A stretch of 64,000 bases of DNA from Hemiscyllium ocellatum. Taxonomy: Eukaryota. Position numbers and translations under genes: made by a program. The stretch spans positions 96,682,080 to 96,746,079 of the forward strand of contig NC_083410.1 of NCBI RefSeq assembly GCF_020745735.1, given 5' to 3'. The notes beneath the pieces were generated by a model, which was given only the letters and a program-made list of their open reading frames with translations, did no database searches and was not told the origin of the DNA. Each line of letters starts with the position of its first letter. The stretch's first letter is position 1. This document shows, in pieces, positions 49,862 through 62,510 of the stretch.

Positions 49862-50940
49862 TGGAGTCATAGAGAAGTATAGCACAGAAACAGATCCTTC
49901 GGTCTGACTCGACAATGCCGACCAGCTATCCTAATCTAATCTAGTCCCATTTCCCAGCATTTGGACTGTATTCCTCTAACGCTTCCTATTCATATACCCA
50001 ACCAGATGCCTTTTAAATGTTGAAATTGTACCAGCTTCCACCATTTACTCTGGAAGCTCATTCCTTACATGCACCACCCTTTGTGTGAAAAAGTTGCCCC
50101 TTAAGGTCCTCTTTTCCCCTCTCTCCTTAAACCTATGCTCTTTAGCTCTGGACACCCCCACCCCAGGGAAAAGACCTGTCTATTTATTCTACCCCTGCCC
50201 CTCGTGATTTTGTAAAGCTCTAGAAGGTCATTCCTCAGCCTCTGAGATTCCAGGGAAACAGCCCCCACCTATTCAGCCTTTCCCTGTAGCTCAAATCCTC
50301 CAATCCTGGCAACACCCTTGTAAATCTTTTCTGAACCCTTTCAAGTTTCACAACATCCTTCCGATAGAAGGGAGATCAGAATTGCGCACAGTACTTCAAA
50401 AGTGGCTTAACCCATGTCCTGTACGTTTTGCAACATGACCTCCTAACTCTTATGCTGAATGTTCTGACCAATAAAGGAAAGTGTACCAAACACCTTTTTC
50501 ACTATCCTATCTATCTAGGACTCCACTTTCAAGGAACTATGAATCTGCTCACCAAGGTCTCTTTGTTCAGCAACACTTCCCAGGACCTTGCCAATAAGTG
50601 CATAAGTCCTGCCCTGATGTGCCTTTCCAAAATGCAGCAATTTATGTTTATCTAAATTAACTCCATCTGCCAGTCCATCGGTCCATCTGATCAAGATCCC
50701 ATTGTACTCTGAGGTAACCTCCTTCACTGTCCACTATACATTTAATTTTGTTATCATCTGCAAACTTGCTAACTATACCTCCTATGTTCACATCCAAATC
50801 CTTTATATAAATGACAAAAGACAGCGAACCCAGCACCAATCCTTGTGGCACACCGCTGGTCAAGCAATCCTCCACCACCATCTTCTATCTTCTACCCTCA
50901 AGCCTGTATTCAAGTGATGAGTTCTCCCTTTATTCCATGC
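49862..50940 (-). mobile_element. CR1/HER1 LINE 3' fragment inserted in the decayed G-rich array
   Basis: ORF 50657-50881 has GVPQG and FADD; CR1 tail at 49865. Confidence 0.9.
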
Positions 50941-53084
50941 ACTGTCTGATGATCACTGTAAGGGAGGGAGGGGGGGAGGGGGAAATCACTGCCTGAGAGT
51001 CACACTGAGGGGACACTTTGTCTGAGGGTCACACTGGGGGACACTGTGTGAGGGTGGCACTGAGGGATCACTGTACAGTCAGTCCTGTCTTTCAGCTCAG
51101 TAATAGAACCCAAAGCATTATTGGCAGGCAAGATTAGATGACCCTCTGGGTTGTTAATTTCTGGGGCAAGTTGCTGAAAGTTCTGTGGCATTGATCCTAA
51201 TTGCATTTGTTGTTGCACATGCATTGTAAGATGTTCGATCATGTTACATTAGCAGTATTAACCATGTGTAATGGGTTAAAGGGTTATAGGAAGTGGGTAG
51301 CAAAGTGAAGATGAAACCTAAATGAGATTAGTCACGATCATAATGAATGATCAAGGAAGCTTGAGAGGAGGAATTACCCCTTCCTGCTCTTATTCATGTG
51401 TTAGGTTGGACTGTTAGAAATAACTTGTCTATGTATTGTGGATTGGTACTGTTGTAATGTTGCAGAATAAAAGTATTATTGTTTGTTCAAAACTGTGGAA
51501 TCTTGTGGCTCGTTTCTCTTAGTTCATTCCCTTAATCTCTGACTTTGTCTAAAAATAAGTTACTTGTCCCGAACCAGATTGTGACATAAAATAGGTTTTC
51601 TGACCTGGGCCATAACAGAATTGCTTTTTGTGGACAGGATCTACCTAAGCTGTATAGCTTCAAGCATTGAAGCTCTACTGGAACATATTGGCTAGGAGCA
51701 CACTTAGTTCTGCAGTTCAAGTCTTTGTTATTATAGTGGAATGTTGTCAGGGTTTGGCCTCTAAGGGAGAGGCAGCTGTGTCATGAGAATTTTACTAGAC
51801 TAATAATCAGTGGCCCAGGCTAAAGTAGGAGTATGGATTCCAATCTCACCATGGCAGCTGGTGGAATTTAAAGCCAGTTAATAAATCCAGAGTATAGAAC
51901 AAATCTCAGAAATGGTGTCATGAAAATGTCATTTTTATTTTAAAAAACTCTGATTCACTAATGCTCCTTCGAGAAGGAAATCTGTCTATGTGACTTGAAG
52001 GCCACAGTAAAGTGACTGGCCCTTAACTTCCCTCTGAAATCCCCAGTAAGCTATTCATTACTAAGGCTGGGTAACAAGTGTGGATCATCCACTCAGCATG
52101 TCTGGTTCAGGATGGATTGAAATACCTCAGCCTTGATTTTTGCACTTTTGTCAAGTCTCCCCTCCTGTTACTTGTTTAATTGCCCAATACTGTCCGTGAC
52201 TGGTGGCAGGATTGCAGAGCTTGGATCTGATCTGTTGGTTGTGGGAACGTTTTGCTCTGTCTATTGTGTACTGTTTCCACATTTGATCATATGTGTGATC
52301 CTGTGTTGACATTTTGGCATCTCCCTTCTGGCTCTGCCTGGTGCAGCTCCTGTCATGCACTCCTGCACTAGATAAACTTGACTGGACCATCGTATTCCCA
52401 ATTCCCATTATCCTGGTTCGCCCCTGCACTCCGTATTGAGCAAGTGTCGATTTCCTGGCTTGATGGTAATGATAGAGTGGAAGATATACTGAGGGTATGA
52501 TGAATACCGTTCAATTGCTTTTGATGTCCACAGCAATTTGTGGATGTTTGGTCTTGAGATGCTAGATCTGTTTGAAGTTTATCCCATTTAGCATAATTGT
52601 AGTGCCACTCAACAGGCCAGTGTGCATCTTTAGTAAGAAGACGTGACTTTGTCTCTGCAAGGACTGCAGTGGTCACTTAATACTGCCATGAACAGATATA
52701 TCTGAAACATGTGGATTGACGATGATGAGATAAACGAGTTTTTTTTCCCATATTTGTTCTCACTACCTATTGCAGGCAGATATGTCTTTCAGGACTTGAC
52801 CAGTCCAGGCAGTAGTGGTGCTACTGAGCCAGTCTTGATGATCATATCGAAGACCCCTACCCAAAGTGCACTCTGTGCCCTTTCTAACTTCAGTGTTGCT
52901 TCCAAGTGATGCTCACATATGACCTGATACCTGAGACTTTGTCAAATCCACTGCTATTCTTTAGGAATGCCAAACAACTTACTCCTGCTGTGTATTATAC
53001 TGCCATTACAGTGGGTGTGTCCTGCCAGTGAAGGTGACGGTAGTATCTGCAATGCGATCTCTAAGATATGATCCGGTGAGTGTG

Positions 53085-54095
53085 TTGACAAATTGCCGAT
53101 GGTGTTTAATTTAGATAAACGTGAGGTGTTGCATTTTAGTAAGGTAAATCAGGACAGGACTTCCAAAGTTAATGGTAGGGGCCTGGGGAGTGTTGCTGAG
53201 CAAAGAGACCTAGGGGTGTACAAGTGCACAATTCCTTTAAAGTAGAGTCACTGGTGGTGGTGAAGAAGGCATTTGGCACACTTGCCTTCATGGGTCAGTG
53301 CATTGAGTGTAGGGGTTGGGATGTCACGTTGCAACTGTACAGGACATTGGTTAGGCCACTTTTAGAATACAGCAGGCTTGCTGGCTAAGCTGGGAGATTT
53401 ATTCTCAGATGTTTCATCACCATGCTAGGTAACATCATCTGGTGAAGCGCTGGTGTTGTGTCCCGCTTTCTATTTGTGTCTTGATCTGTTATGGTTGGTG
53501 ATATCATTTCTGATTCTTTTTCTCAGAGATTGGTAAATGGGGTCCAAGTCGATGTGCATTCAATTCTAGTCTCCCTGCTGTAGGAAAAATGTTGTGAAAC
53601 TTCAAAGGATTTCGAAAAGCTTTTCAAAGGTATAGCCAGGAATGGAGGGGTTGAGTTATAGGGAGAGGCAGAATAGGCTGGGGCTGTTTTCCCTGGAGCA
53701 TCGGAGGCTGAGGGGTAGCCTTTTGGAAGTTTATAAAACCTTGAGGGGCATGGATAGGATGCACAGTCAAGGTCTTCCCCTCAAGTTAGAGAAGTCCAAA
53801 ACTAGAGAGAATAGGTTTAAGGTGAGAGGGAGAAAGATTTAAAAGGGACCTCGAGGGGTAGCGTTTTCATGCAGAGGGTGATGCATGTATGGAATGAGCT
53901 ACCAAAGCAGGTAGTGGAGGCTGGTACAATTGCAGCATTTAAAAGGCATCTGGATGAGTAAATGAATAGGAAGTGTTTGGAGGGAAATGGGCCAAATGCT
54001 GGCAAACGGGCCTATGTCATTTAGGATATCTGGTCAACATGGAGGAGTTGGACTGAAGAGTCTGTTTTCATGCTGCATAACTCTGTGACTCTATT
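53085..54095 (+). mobile_element. CR1/HER1 3' fragment interrupted by a Penelope-like piece (about 53372-53555)
   Basis: ORF 53642-53842 gives LSYRER..RLGLFSLEHRRLRG; CR1 tail present. Confidence 0.85.
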
Positions 54096-55249
54096 CTGGC
54101 TGCTTTTTGACCAGTCTGTCTACTTCTTGACCAGTCTGTCTACTTCAATACAACCCTCCAGGAATTAGTAAAGAGGATGATGCTGAATCAACTGAGCTGT
54201 TATCATGTTATTTTCTCCTAGGTGTTACTGCTCTAATTGTGCACAGATTACCTACATTAAAATGGTAACCACAGCAACAACATATAAATAGCACTCTTAA
54301 CCTAATGATACAGTCCAAGGTGCTTCACAGGATTAAGCTATGAAACCAAGCCACAAGATAGACTGGGTTTGATGTTTAAAGAGTCTGGATAAAGAGGGAG
54401 ATTTTCAGTGTTGCCTTTTGGGAGGGGTGGGGGCTGTGGTGGTGCCAGCAGCAGAGTACGGAGAGCTGTTTGGCACTACCTTTCTGGAGTTGACTTCTCA
54501 CCTATCAAGAAGTCTAAAGTGGGGAATTTTGTATGTGTTCTGAGGCTGCATTCCCATCCCTCCTTGGGGATAGGAACATACCAATCAGGACCTACACAAC
54601 TGAGGCACCGGTGGTGAAAAAATTAAGATCAGAGATGCAGGAGAAGCCAGAATGAGAGAATCACTGATACCTTGGAGGATAATCGGGCTGGAGATGATTA
54701 GAGATAGGGAGGGGAGAGGCCGTGGATGGTTTTGGATGCAAATTTTAAAATTGAGTTGTCACTTGATTAGGAGCTAATGTAGAATAGCAGGTGTAGGCAT
54801 TATTGGGGAATGAGCTTGATTTGGTTTGATTTATTGTTGTCAGGTGTACCCAAGTACAGTGAAAAGTTTTGTTTTGCAAACAGCATTGACAGATCATAAG
54901 GACACACCGATCATAGGGTGCTTAGAGTGAGGCACACAAGGTTACGACTGCACAGGAGGTGTGCAAAACAAGATCAACATTAGATTTGAAATTAGCGAGG
55001 TCCATTCAGAATCAAAAAATGCGGTGCTGGAAAAGCATAGCGGGTCAGGCAGCATGCGAGGAGCAGGAGAGTCAATGTTTCAGGAATAAGCCCTTCACCA
55101 GGACCAAGACACAAATAGCAAGTGGGACAGAACATCAGCACTTCATCAGAGGCTCACTGATGATGTTACCTACCATAGTGGTGAAATGTCTGAGAACAAA
55201 CCTATCAGCTCAGTGAACAAACCTGAGCTACAAATCTTCTCTAAAATCA

Positions 55250-56105
55250 CATTATGTACCCAGATAGGATGCTTTCTATGATGTAGCTGTAAAGGTTGGA
55301 GAGGGTCCTCACGACATGCTGAATTTCCTAAGCCACCTGAGGCAGAGAAGGCATTATTGTACCCCCTTGACCATCTTATCTACATAGGAGGCCCAGGACT
55401 GATTATCAGTTATCGTCACTCCCATGAGCTTGATGCTCTCGACCCTCTCCACCTCAGCTCCTTTGATGTAGGTAGGAGTGTGTCCTCCTTCTTTCTTCCT
55501 GAAGTCAATGATCAGTTTTCTTGTTTTGCTGATATTTACAGAGAGGTTGTTATTGCACCACCACAAGCACTCTATCTCTTTCCTCCATTCTGACTCATGT
55601 TTGTTTGATATTCAGCTACCATGGTGGTATGTCAGCAAACTTGGAGATGGCTGTTCATGTGACATTTGGCTACACTGTCGTGGGTGTACAAGGAGAACAG
55701 TAGGGGGCTGAGAATGTAACCTTGTGGGACGCCAATGTTGCAGATTATCAAGGAGGAGGTATTGTCGTCTACCTTCACTGATTACGGTCTGTGGGTCAGG
55801 AAGCTTAGGATCCAGTTATAGAGGGCAGAGTTGAGACCTCAGCTTGGAGTTTTGAGATTAGTCTGGAAGGGATTATGGTGTTGAGGGTGGAGCTGTATTC
55901 AATGAATAGCAGCTTGATGTAAGTGTCCTTGTAATCCATATGTTTCAGGGATGAGTGTAGGGCTAGGAAAATGGCATCTGCTGTGATCCTGTTACATTGG
56001 TAGACAAATTGCAGGGGATCGATGCAGAGCGGGAGGCTAGTATTGATGTGGGCCCTGACCAGCCTCTCAATCCACCTCATGATTATGGAGGTCAGAGCCA
56101 TGTTG
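55250..56105 (-). mobile_element. Rex1/Babar-clade LINE RT fragment
   Basis: [25 protein letters not shown] and WCNNNLSVNISKTRKLIIDFRK motifs. Confidence 0.8.
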
Positions 56106-56914
56106 AATGACGAGAGTGCAGTGCTGGAAAAGCACGGCAGGTCAGGCAGCATCCGAGGAGCAGGAAAATCGACGTTTCAGGTATCAGCCCTTCATCAGGA
56201 GTGAGTCTTGTGGGCCAGGGGCCAGACAGCCTCCTGCTCCTCGGATGCTGTCCGACCTGCTGTGCTTTTCCAGCACCACACTCTTCAACTCTGATCTCCA
56301 GCATCTGCAGTCCTGACTTCCTCTACTTTGGATGACCTAAAGTCTGGGGAAGATAGAATCTACGGGGGTGTTGGAATGGCTGTACACAGCAATAACAAAT
56401 AAGCCAATGAGTATTTGCAGCAACAGATGAGGTGAGACAGGGATGAAAATCAGGCCATGTTAGAGTGGAAATGGATGGTCTGGGGTGATGGTCCAAATAC
56501 AAGGTCTCAGGATGAAATGTGTGATCTGAATTTCTGCTGTTAGTCTGTAATTTTAAGTGTGTGTGTGTTCGTGGCAAGCTTTATGTCTGTACTAATTCCA
56601 TTGTGCGTGTTTGTGTGGAGCAGAAATGTTTCCATGTCTGTTTGAAAAGATAAGTTGGAGAGGCAATTGGCTGGCTGTGTATTCCCAAGAGCCAGTACAA
56701 TCTGCAACTCAACAGTGGGGCCAGTCTTGGAACTGGGAGTGTGGGGGAGGCAGGTTCAGTGCAGGCATTGGAATAGAAACGACGTGTAGGGTTACAGGGA
56801 TTGGGCAATGAGTTAGAGAGTTCAGGAAGCAAGGGCAGAACTGCAGAGTGACAATTGTGTGAAGCACAGAGCGGGATCAAAGTCTCTGGAACACGAGACC
56901 CCTCCCAGTGAGTG

Positions 56915-57050
56915 TTGACACCGCCCACCAGGCATTGGCTCCGCCTGGGTGTTAAACAACATCGACTGGAGCTGGCGGATGCGAGCAGCCGGAGTCAGTA
57001 CCTTTGTGTTGCTGGGGGAGAGGGAGCGGGGTGAGTGACCTGTGGCCAGG
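56915..57050 (+). promoter_or_regulatory. Candidate promoter and non-coding first exon of the RNase T2 gene
   Basis: Local CpG enrichment, GC boxes (ccgccc 56921, ccgcct 56941), reverse CCAAT (attgg 56934), and donors ggg|gtgagt (57031) and cag|gtacgg (57050). The first coding exon has an acceptor, so an upstream exon is expected. Confidence 0.5.
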
Positions 57051-57838
57051 TACGGTGTGTAGGAAACTCTCGGTATCACAAACACGGCTTCGGCCGGGAC
57101 TGCGAGTGTGGGAGACCCTGGGGAGGGGAGGGATGTTCAGAGTGGTGGGGTGGGGGGTAGGTCTGAGAGCGGAGTGACCTGTTTATAACCCCCCGAGGAG
57201 AGGAAAATGGCCTGTTTATATATCCACCCCCTCCCCCGAAGGGAGAAAATGGGGGAGCGTCTCCTCTGAAAGCACCAGCACAAGAACGGTCCCTGCTCTG
57301 TGCTGCCTCCCCTAGTCCAATAGCTGGGGCAATCCAGCTTCACAATTACAGCCCGGGGCAGAGACAGCTGTACTGTAGGGTTCTGTTTAACCTGGGATCT
57401 GACTTTCTGCTGTTGGGCTGTAACTTTAAGTGTGTATGTGTTCGTGGCAAAGTTTTTGTGTCTGAGCTATTTCGTGAAGCAGAAATGTTGACGCGGCTGG
57501 TTTTATTTTGCATCAACTGGTTTTATTTTGGGAACTGTTCTGGTTGCCCCACACAGGCAACAAATATGTTTGAACTTGCAACTGTGTGCAAATGGGTGTA
57601 GCCATGACAAGTTTGCTCATTGTTTCCCGAGTCCGCTTTTTCTTCAGTAGTTGAAGGCGAGCCAGGATAATGGGAAATACGGATGGTCCAGTCAAGGTTA
57701 CCTAGTGGCTAGTCATCTTAGTCTGGCCCAGGACTCTGTCCCCTCTCCTTCAACCAACAGTCTACACCCTCCGCCCTAATGGACTGCAGTCCAGAAGTAC
57801 TTCAGTGTTATAAAGAACTTTGGGTCTTTCCAGGATTT

Positions 57839-58083
57839 AGTGAGGTCTGCAGATGCTGGAGATCAGAGCTGAAAATGTGTTGCTGGAAAAGCGCAGCAGG
57901 TCAGGCAGCATCCAAGGAGCAGGAGATTCAACGTTTCGGGCATAAGCCCTTCTTCAGCCCTTTCCTGAAGAAGGGCTTATGCCCGAAACATCGAATCTCC
58001 TGCTCCTTGGATGCTGCCTGACCTGCTGCGCTTTTCCAGCAACACATTTTCAGCTCTGATCTCCAGCATCTGCAGACCTCACT
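57839..58083. mobile_element. Near-perfect Penelope-derived palindrome (arms about 119 bp)
   Basis: agtgaggtctgcagatgctgg...cttcttcag, a 7-nt spacer, then ctgaagaag...ccagcatctgcagacctcact. Confidence 0.88.
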
Positions 58084-58831
58084 TCCTCCTCTGAGATTGT
58101 TAAGACTTAGTAACGGACTAGAATCGCAGACCAAGTAAGGACAGTAGGCCCTTTTCCCCTGAAGGACATTGATAGTATAATTGGAATGAAAAGAACTGTG
58201 GACACTAAGTCAAAAACAAAAATTGCTGGAAAAGCTCAGTAGGTCTGGCAGCATTTGTGAAGAGAAATTGGAGTTAACGTTTCGGGTCCAGATGCAGTCC
58301 CGAGGAAGGGTCACCAGACCCAAAAACGTTAACTCTGATTTCTCTTCACAGATGCTGCCAAGACCTGCTGGGTTTTCCCAGAAATTTCTGCTTTTGCTTC
58401 TGACAGTCCATTGGGGTTTTCGCAATTGTACAATTACAGACATTGCATGTTACAATTGCTGCTAACAAACTTGCAAATTGGCCAAAATATGTGCTTTGTA
58501 ATTTTTGCAAGGTCAAGGTAAAATAGCAAATGAGAGGCTGGGGCAGGAATATATTTTTTAATCCTTACAACTCATCAGGTGTCGTCAGATCTTGTCTTCA
58601 GGCCCACGGGAAACAGGGTTGACAGCATTTGGGCATGAATGTTTAACGGAATTTGGGTAGAAAAAGGGTGTGTTTTAACCCCATGGTTTAGACAAAGAAC
58701 TCAACCAATTATTGGACATTTTGCATCAAGGAGAAACTGTTATGGAACACCAATGTTGTGTCGATTTACCACCCAGGTCTTTTCCTGGCTTTTAAATATG
58801 CCATAAAATGACTCGGCTACAATTGAGAACT

Positions 58832-58990
58832 TCAAGGAGAAAGTGAGGACTGCAGATGCTGGAGATCAGAGCTGAAAATGTGTTGCTGGAAAAGCGCAGC
58901 AGGTCAGGCAGCATCCAAGGAGCAGGAGATTCGATGTTTCGGGCATGAGCCCTTCTTCATTCCTGCACTTTTCCAGCAACACATTTTCAG
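58832..58990. mobile_element. Penelope-derived mini-insertion with a 16-bp TSD
   Basis: gctacaattgagaact at 58816-58831 and 58990-59005; short inverted arm. Confidence 0.8.
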
Positions 58991-59284
58991 CTACAATTGA
59001 GAACTGCTGAGTTTCTCCAGCAATTTCTATTTTTGTCTCGACCACAGTTTCTTTTTGATGCCAATTAGAGCTGGGTCCAGCTGGCACTTGCTGGTGCCTG
59101 TCTAATTCCCTGAGTTTAAAGTAAAGTATAAATATGTAAAGTATGCATTTAAAGTAGATGCTTGTGTAAACTGGGTTAGTGCAATGATGCTGTCAGATGC
59201 TTATTTGAATTTTCTTGCTTGCATTTTTAAGTAAAAGGAACCTTTTCCATAAAACTTTGTCTTGAATTGTTTGTTCTGGGTGCT

Positions 59285-59970
59285 CAGACTCCATGCGGTC
59301 TCCTCTACCTTGGGGAGACTGGGCGCCTCCTAGCAGAGTGCTTTAGGGAACATCTCCGGGACACCCACACCACTCAACCACACCGCCTCGTGGCCCAACG
59401 TTTCAACTCCCCCTCCCACTCTGCCGAGGACATGAAGGTCCTGGGCCTCCTTCACCGCCGCTCCCTCACCACCAGACGCCTGGAGGAAGAATGTCTCATC
59501 TTCCGCCTCGGGCATTAATGTGGACTTCAACAGTTTCCTCATTTCCCCTTCCCGCACCTCACCCTAGTTCCAAACTTCCAGCTCAGCACTGTCCCCATGA
59601 CTGTCCAGACTTGTCCAACCTGCCTATCTTCTTTTCCACCTATCCACTCCACCCTCTCCTCCCTGACCTATCACCTTCATCCCCTCCCCCACTCACCCAT
59701 TGTACTCTATGCTACTCTCTCCCCACCCCCACCCTCCTCTAGCTTATCTCTCCACACTTCAGGCTCACTGCCTTTATTCCTGATGAAGGGCTTTTGCCCG
59801 AAACGTCAATTTCGCTGCACTTTGGATGCTGCCTGAACTGCTGTGCTCTTCCAGCACCATTAATCCAGAGACAGTTTGTTTTGTTGAGAGTGTAGTGCTG
59901 GAAAAGCACAGTAGGTCAGGCAGCATCTAAGGAGCAGGAGAGTCAACGTTTCGGGCGTAAACCCTTCTTG
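59285..59970 (+). mobile_element. Penelope-like element 3' part: GIY-YIG endonuclease remnant, terminal repeat and inverted terminal fragment
   Basis: ORF 59267-59518 gives CGLLYLGETGRLLAECFREH...VAQRFNSPSH...LEEECLIFRLG. Confidence 0.85.
59776..59811 (+). ncRNA. Minimal type I hammerhead ribozyme motif in the Penelope-like terminal repeat
   Basis: attc-CTGATGA-a-GGGC-tttt-GCCC-GAAA-CGTC: both core boxes, helix II and a GUC triplet. Helix III is minimal. Activity untested. Confidence 0.65.
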
Positions 59971-60349
59971 TGTTCTATTTGTGAAAGGAATGATTCATAA
60001 AACCTTATAGTTGCCATAATGACTTTCTTTGCTCTGGGTCCACATCATGATTCTTTTTAAAATTACTTCAGTTTCACAACTTGCCACAGTGTGAATTGTA
60101 CCCACAACCTCTGAGTTAGCAGTATAAGGTCAGAACCACTAGGTTAACAGCCCTTTGTAATGGCCATTGCACTGAATCTATCTTACAACAGGATGCAGAG
60201 AATGTTGCAAAGTGATTTAAGACCTTGCTGTTGAATTAGTTAACTGGAACTCCTGACATTTGGTTGCCAGAGCAGAGAGAACAATGAAGCACTGAACAGC
60301 ACTAACCTCTCGGTTGTATCTGTTTGCTCACAGGACAAGTTGATGTGAA

Positions 60350-60450
60350 ATGGCTTATCGCAACAGCAGAGAAAATAAGAGGAACTGCACGTTTGTCCGG
60401 ATTTTCCTGCCTCTGATTATTGCCATCGTTTTTCTTCAGACATCTGACTG
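60350..60450 (+). CDS. RNASET2: Ribonuclease T2-like, first coding exon (signal peptide)
   Basis: Acceptor tgtttgctcacag ends at 60333, ATG at 60350. Encodes MAYRNSRENKRNCTFVRIFLPLIIAIVFLQTSD+TG with a hydrophobic h-region; donor gtgagt; phase 2 joins the next exon in frame. Confidence 0.8.
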
Positions 60451-60899
60451 GTGAGTGGGAAAGGATGCATGGGGAAGTTTTGTGAAAAGTTCCAGTCTTG
60501 ATATTATTGGAAATGGCAGGTGTACGTCACCTTCCCTCTTTAGGAGGGAGTTTGAGTGTCTGTTTGAATCGGTGTGCGATTAATCTGAATTATTTGGTGC
60601 AATAGTAAAGTGAACAGTGAAACCTGAGGGAGGGTGGAGGGGGAGTTAGAAACCTAAAACTTGGAAGGTGTCAGGAGAAGTTGGTCGGCTGTTTGATTTT
60701 TTTGAGAAAAAAGTAAGATCTTTGAGTTTTTATGGTATATTGAGAAAGTTGCAATAACTTTTTTAAAAAAATACCTGTTTGGCAAGAGGAAAGATGAGGA
60801 AACATGTTTGTACAAACAGGGATTAGTCCATTGATACATTTGAGTAAAAGTTCCTTTTACTTACAACTTTTTTTTTTGCTCATATTTTTAAGGATAGTC

Positions 60900-61268
60900 G
60901 AGAGAGGCAATAGCCTAGTGCTATTATTGCTTAGCTGTTAATCCAGAGACGCAGGGAATATTCTGAGGACCTGGGTTTGAATCCCACCATGGCAGCTGGT
61001 GTAACTTTGAACTCAGTAAAATCTGGAAGGAACAGTCTACTGATAACTGTGAATCCATTGTTGATTGTCAGAAAAGGTTATCTATCTGGTTCACTAATGC
61101 TCTTTCGGGAAGGGAACTGCCATCCTTACCTGGTCAGGCTACGTGTGACTGCAGACCCACAGCAATGGGGTTGATTTTTTAACTGTCCTCTGGGCAATTA
61201 GGGATGGGCACTTAATGCCGGTCTGGTCAGTGACGCATTCATCCCGTGAATGACTGAAATAAAAAAAA
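60900..61268 (+). mobile_element. tRNA-derived SINE (second family)
   Basis: Same family as 723-1052; A-rich end. Confidence 0.75.
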
Positions 61269-62169
61269 TCGGAATTCATTGACTGCTGTGTGGCAGGAGT
61301 CTCTTTTGAAATATATCAGAAAAAAATTGGAAAGGGAATTTGCAGGGCTATGGGGGAACAGAGGGGATTTCTATCTCAAAGAGCTGGCTTAGGCATGATA
61401 AGTTGAATGGTTCCAGGCTGGACAATTACAACTTCACCCTCAAACTGCCATTAGCTTTGCTCCAAGTAAGTCGTTATCTGTAGTTTCGCGAGGTGCGCTT
61501 TGAAAGCCCAACCTCGGAACTGGAGCTGTGCAGTTCTATGTGTTTTGTTTGAGGTTTCAAAGTCACAAAGTGATTTTTGCCCTGCCTCACTGCCGGGTGA
61601 ATTGTCAGAAACTGAGTGAATCACATGAGTTCGCTTCAGCTGCTGCAGGCAAAGCTTCAAAACCTTTGAAGTCAAGGACCATATTTTCTAACACTTCACT
61701 TGCAGCAGCAACAAATCAAAGGGCTTGCTGGTTTCACATCAACTGACAGGTGATGGGAATTTCAAATCACTAACTATGTTGTTTGGTGAAGCACTTAAAC
61801 AAGACCAATGTTAACATACAATGAAATGCCAGCGACACGGAACAGACAACTGTAGAGACATTTTAGGACAGAGACTTTGTGTGGCTGTAGACTTCATAAC
61901 CAGTGTTGGTGATTGAAACTGAGAGGATATCCGCATTTAAGAATGGGTTAGGGAGATGGATTGACCGAAGAACAGGAACAACGGCAAATGGGAACACATT
62001 ATCGCTACCATGATCCAGGTGAGTGAGTGACACTGGAAGATGTACCCTTTGTCAACTGGTCTGCTGAGTTCTAACATGAGAGCTAACAGTTTGAGACAGA
62101 TTTCTGGAATGAGTTCCTTTCAAAAATGGAACTAAAACTGACCATCTGACAGTATTGCCACGCAGTAAT

Positions 62170-62510
62170 TGCAGTGTGTACCATCTACAAGATACAACGC
62201 ACAAAGTCGCCAAGGCTCCTTAGACCGTACCTTGCAAACCCACTACCACTATCAACTGGAAAGACAGGGCAGCACAGAACCTGCCAGTTCATCTTCAAGC
62301 CAGTCACCACCATCCTGCCTTGGAAATATATCACTTGTTCCTCCACTGTCACTGGGTGAAAAGCCTGAAACTCCTTCCCTAATGGCATTGTGGGTCTTTC
62401 TACAGGATATGGATTACAGTGGTCCCAGAAGGCAGCTAATTACCACTTTCTCAAGGATCGCTAGGGGAGATGGATAATAAATGATGGTCCAGCCGTGGCA
62501 CCCACAATTG
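62170..62510 (+). mobile_element. CR1-clade LINE (second family), 3' end
   Basis: CTIYKIQ...PRLLRPYLANP translation; tail resembles that of SINE family 2. Confidence 0.65.

Noticed and set aside
29572-59087. Recurrent ORFs containing MCCWKSAAGQAASKEQ
   Set aside because: Translations of the Penelope-derived terminal repeat.
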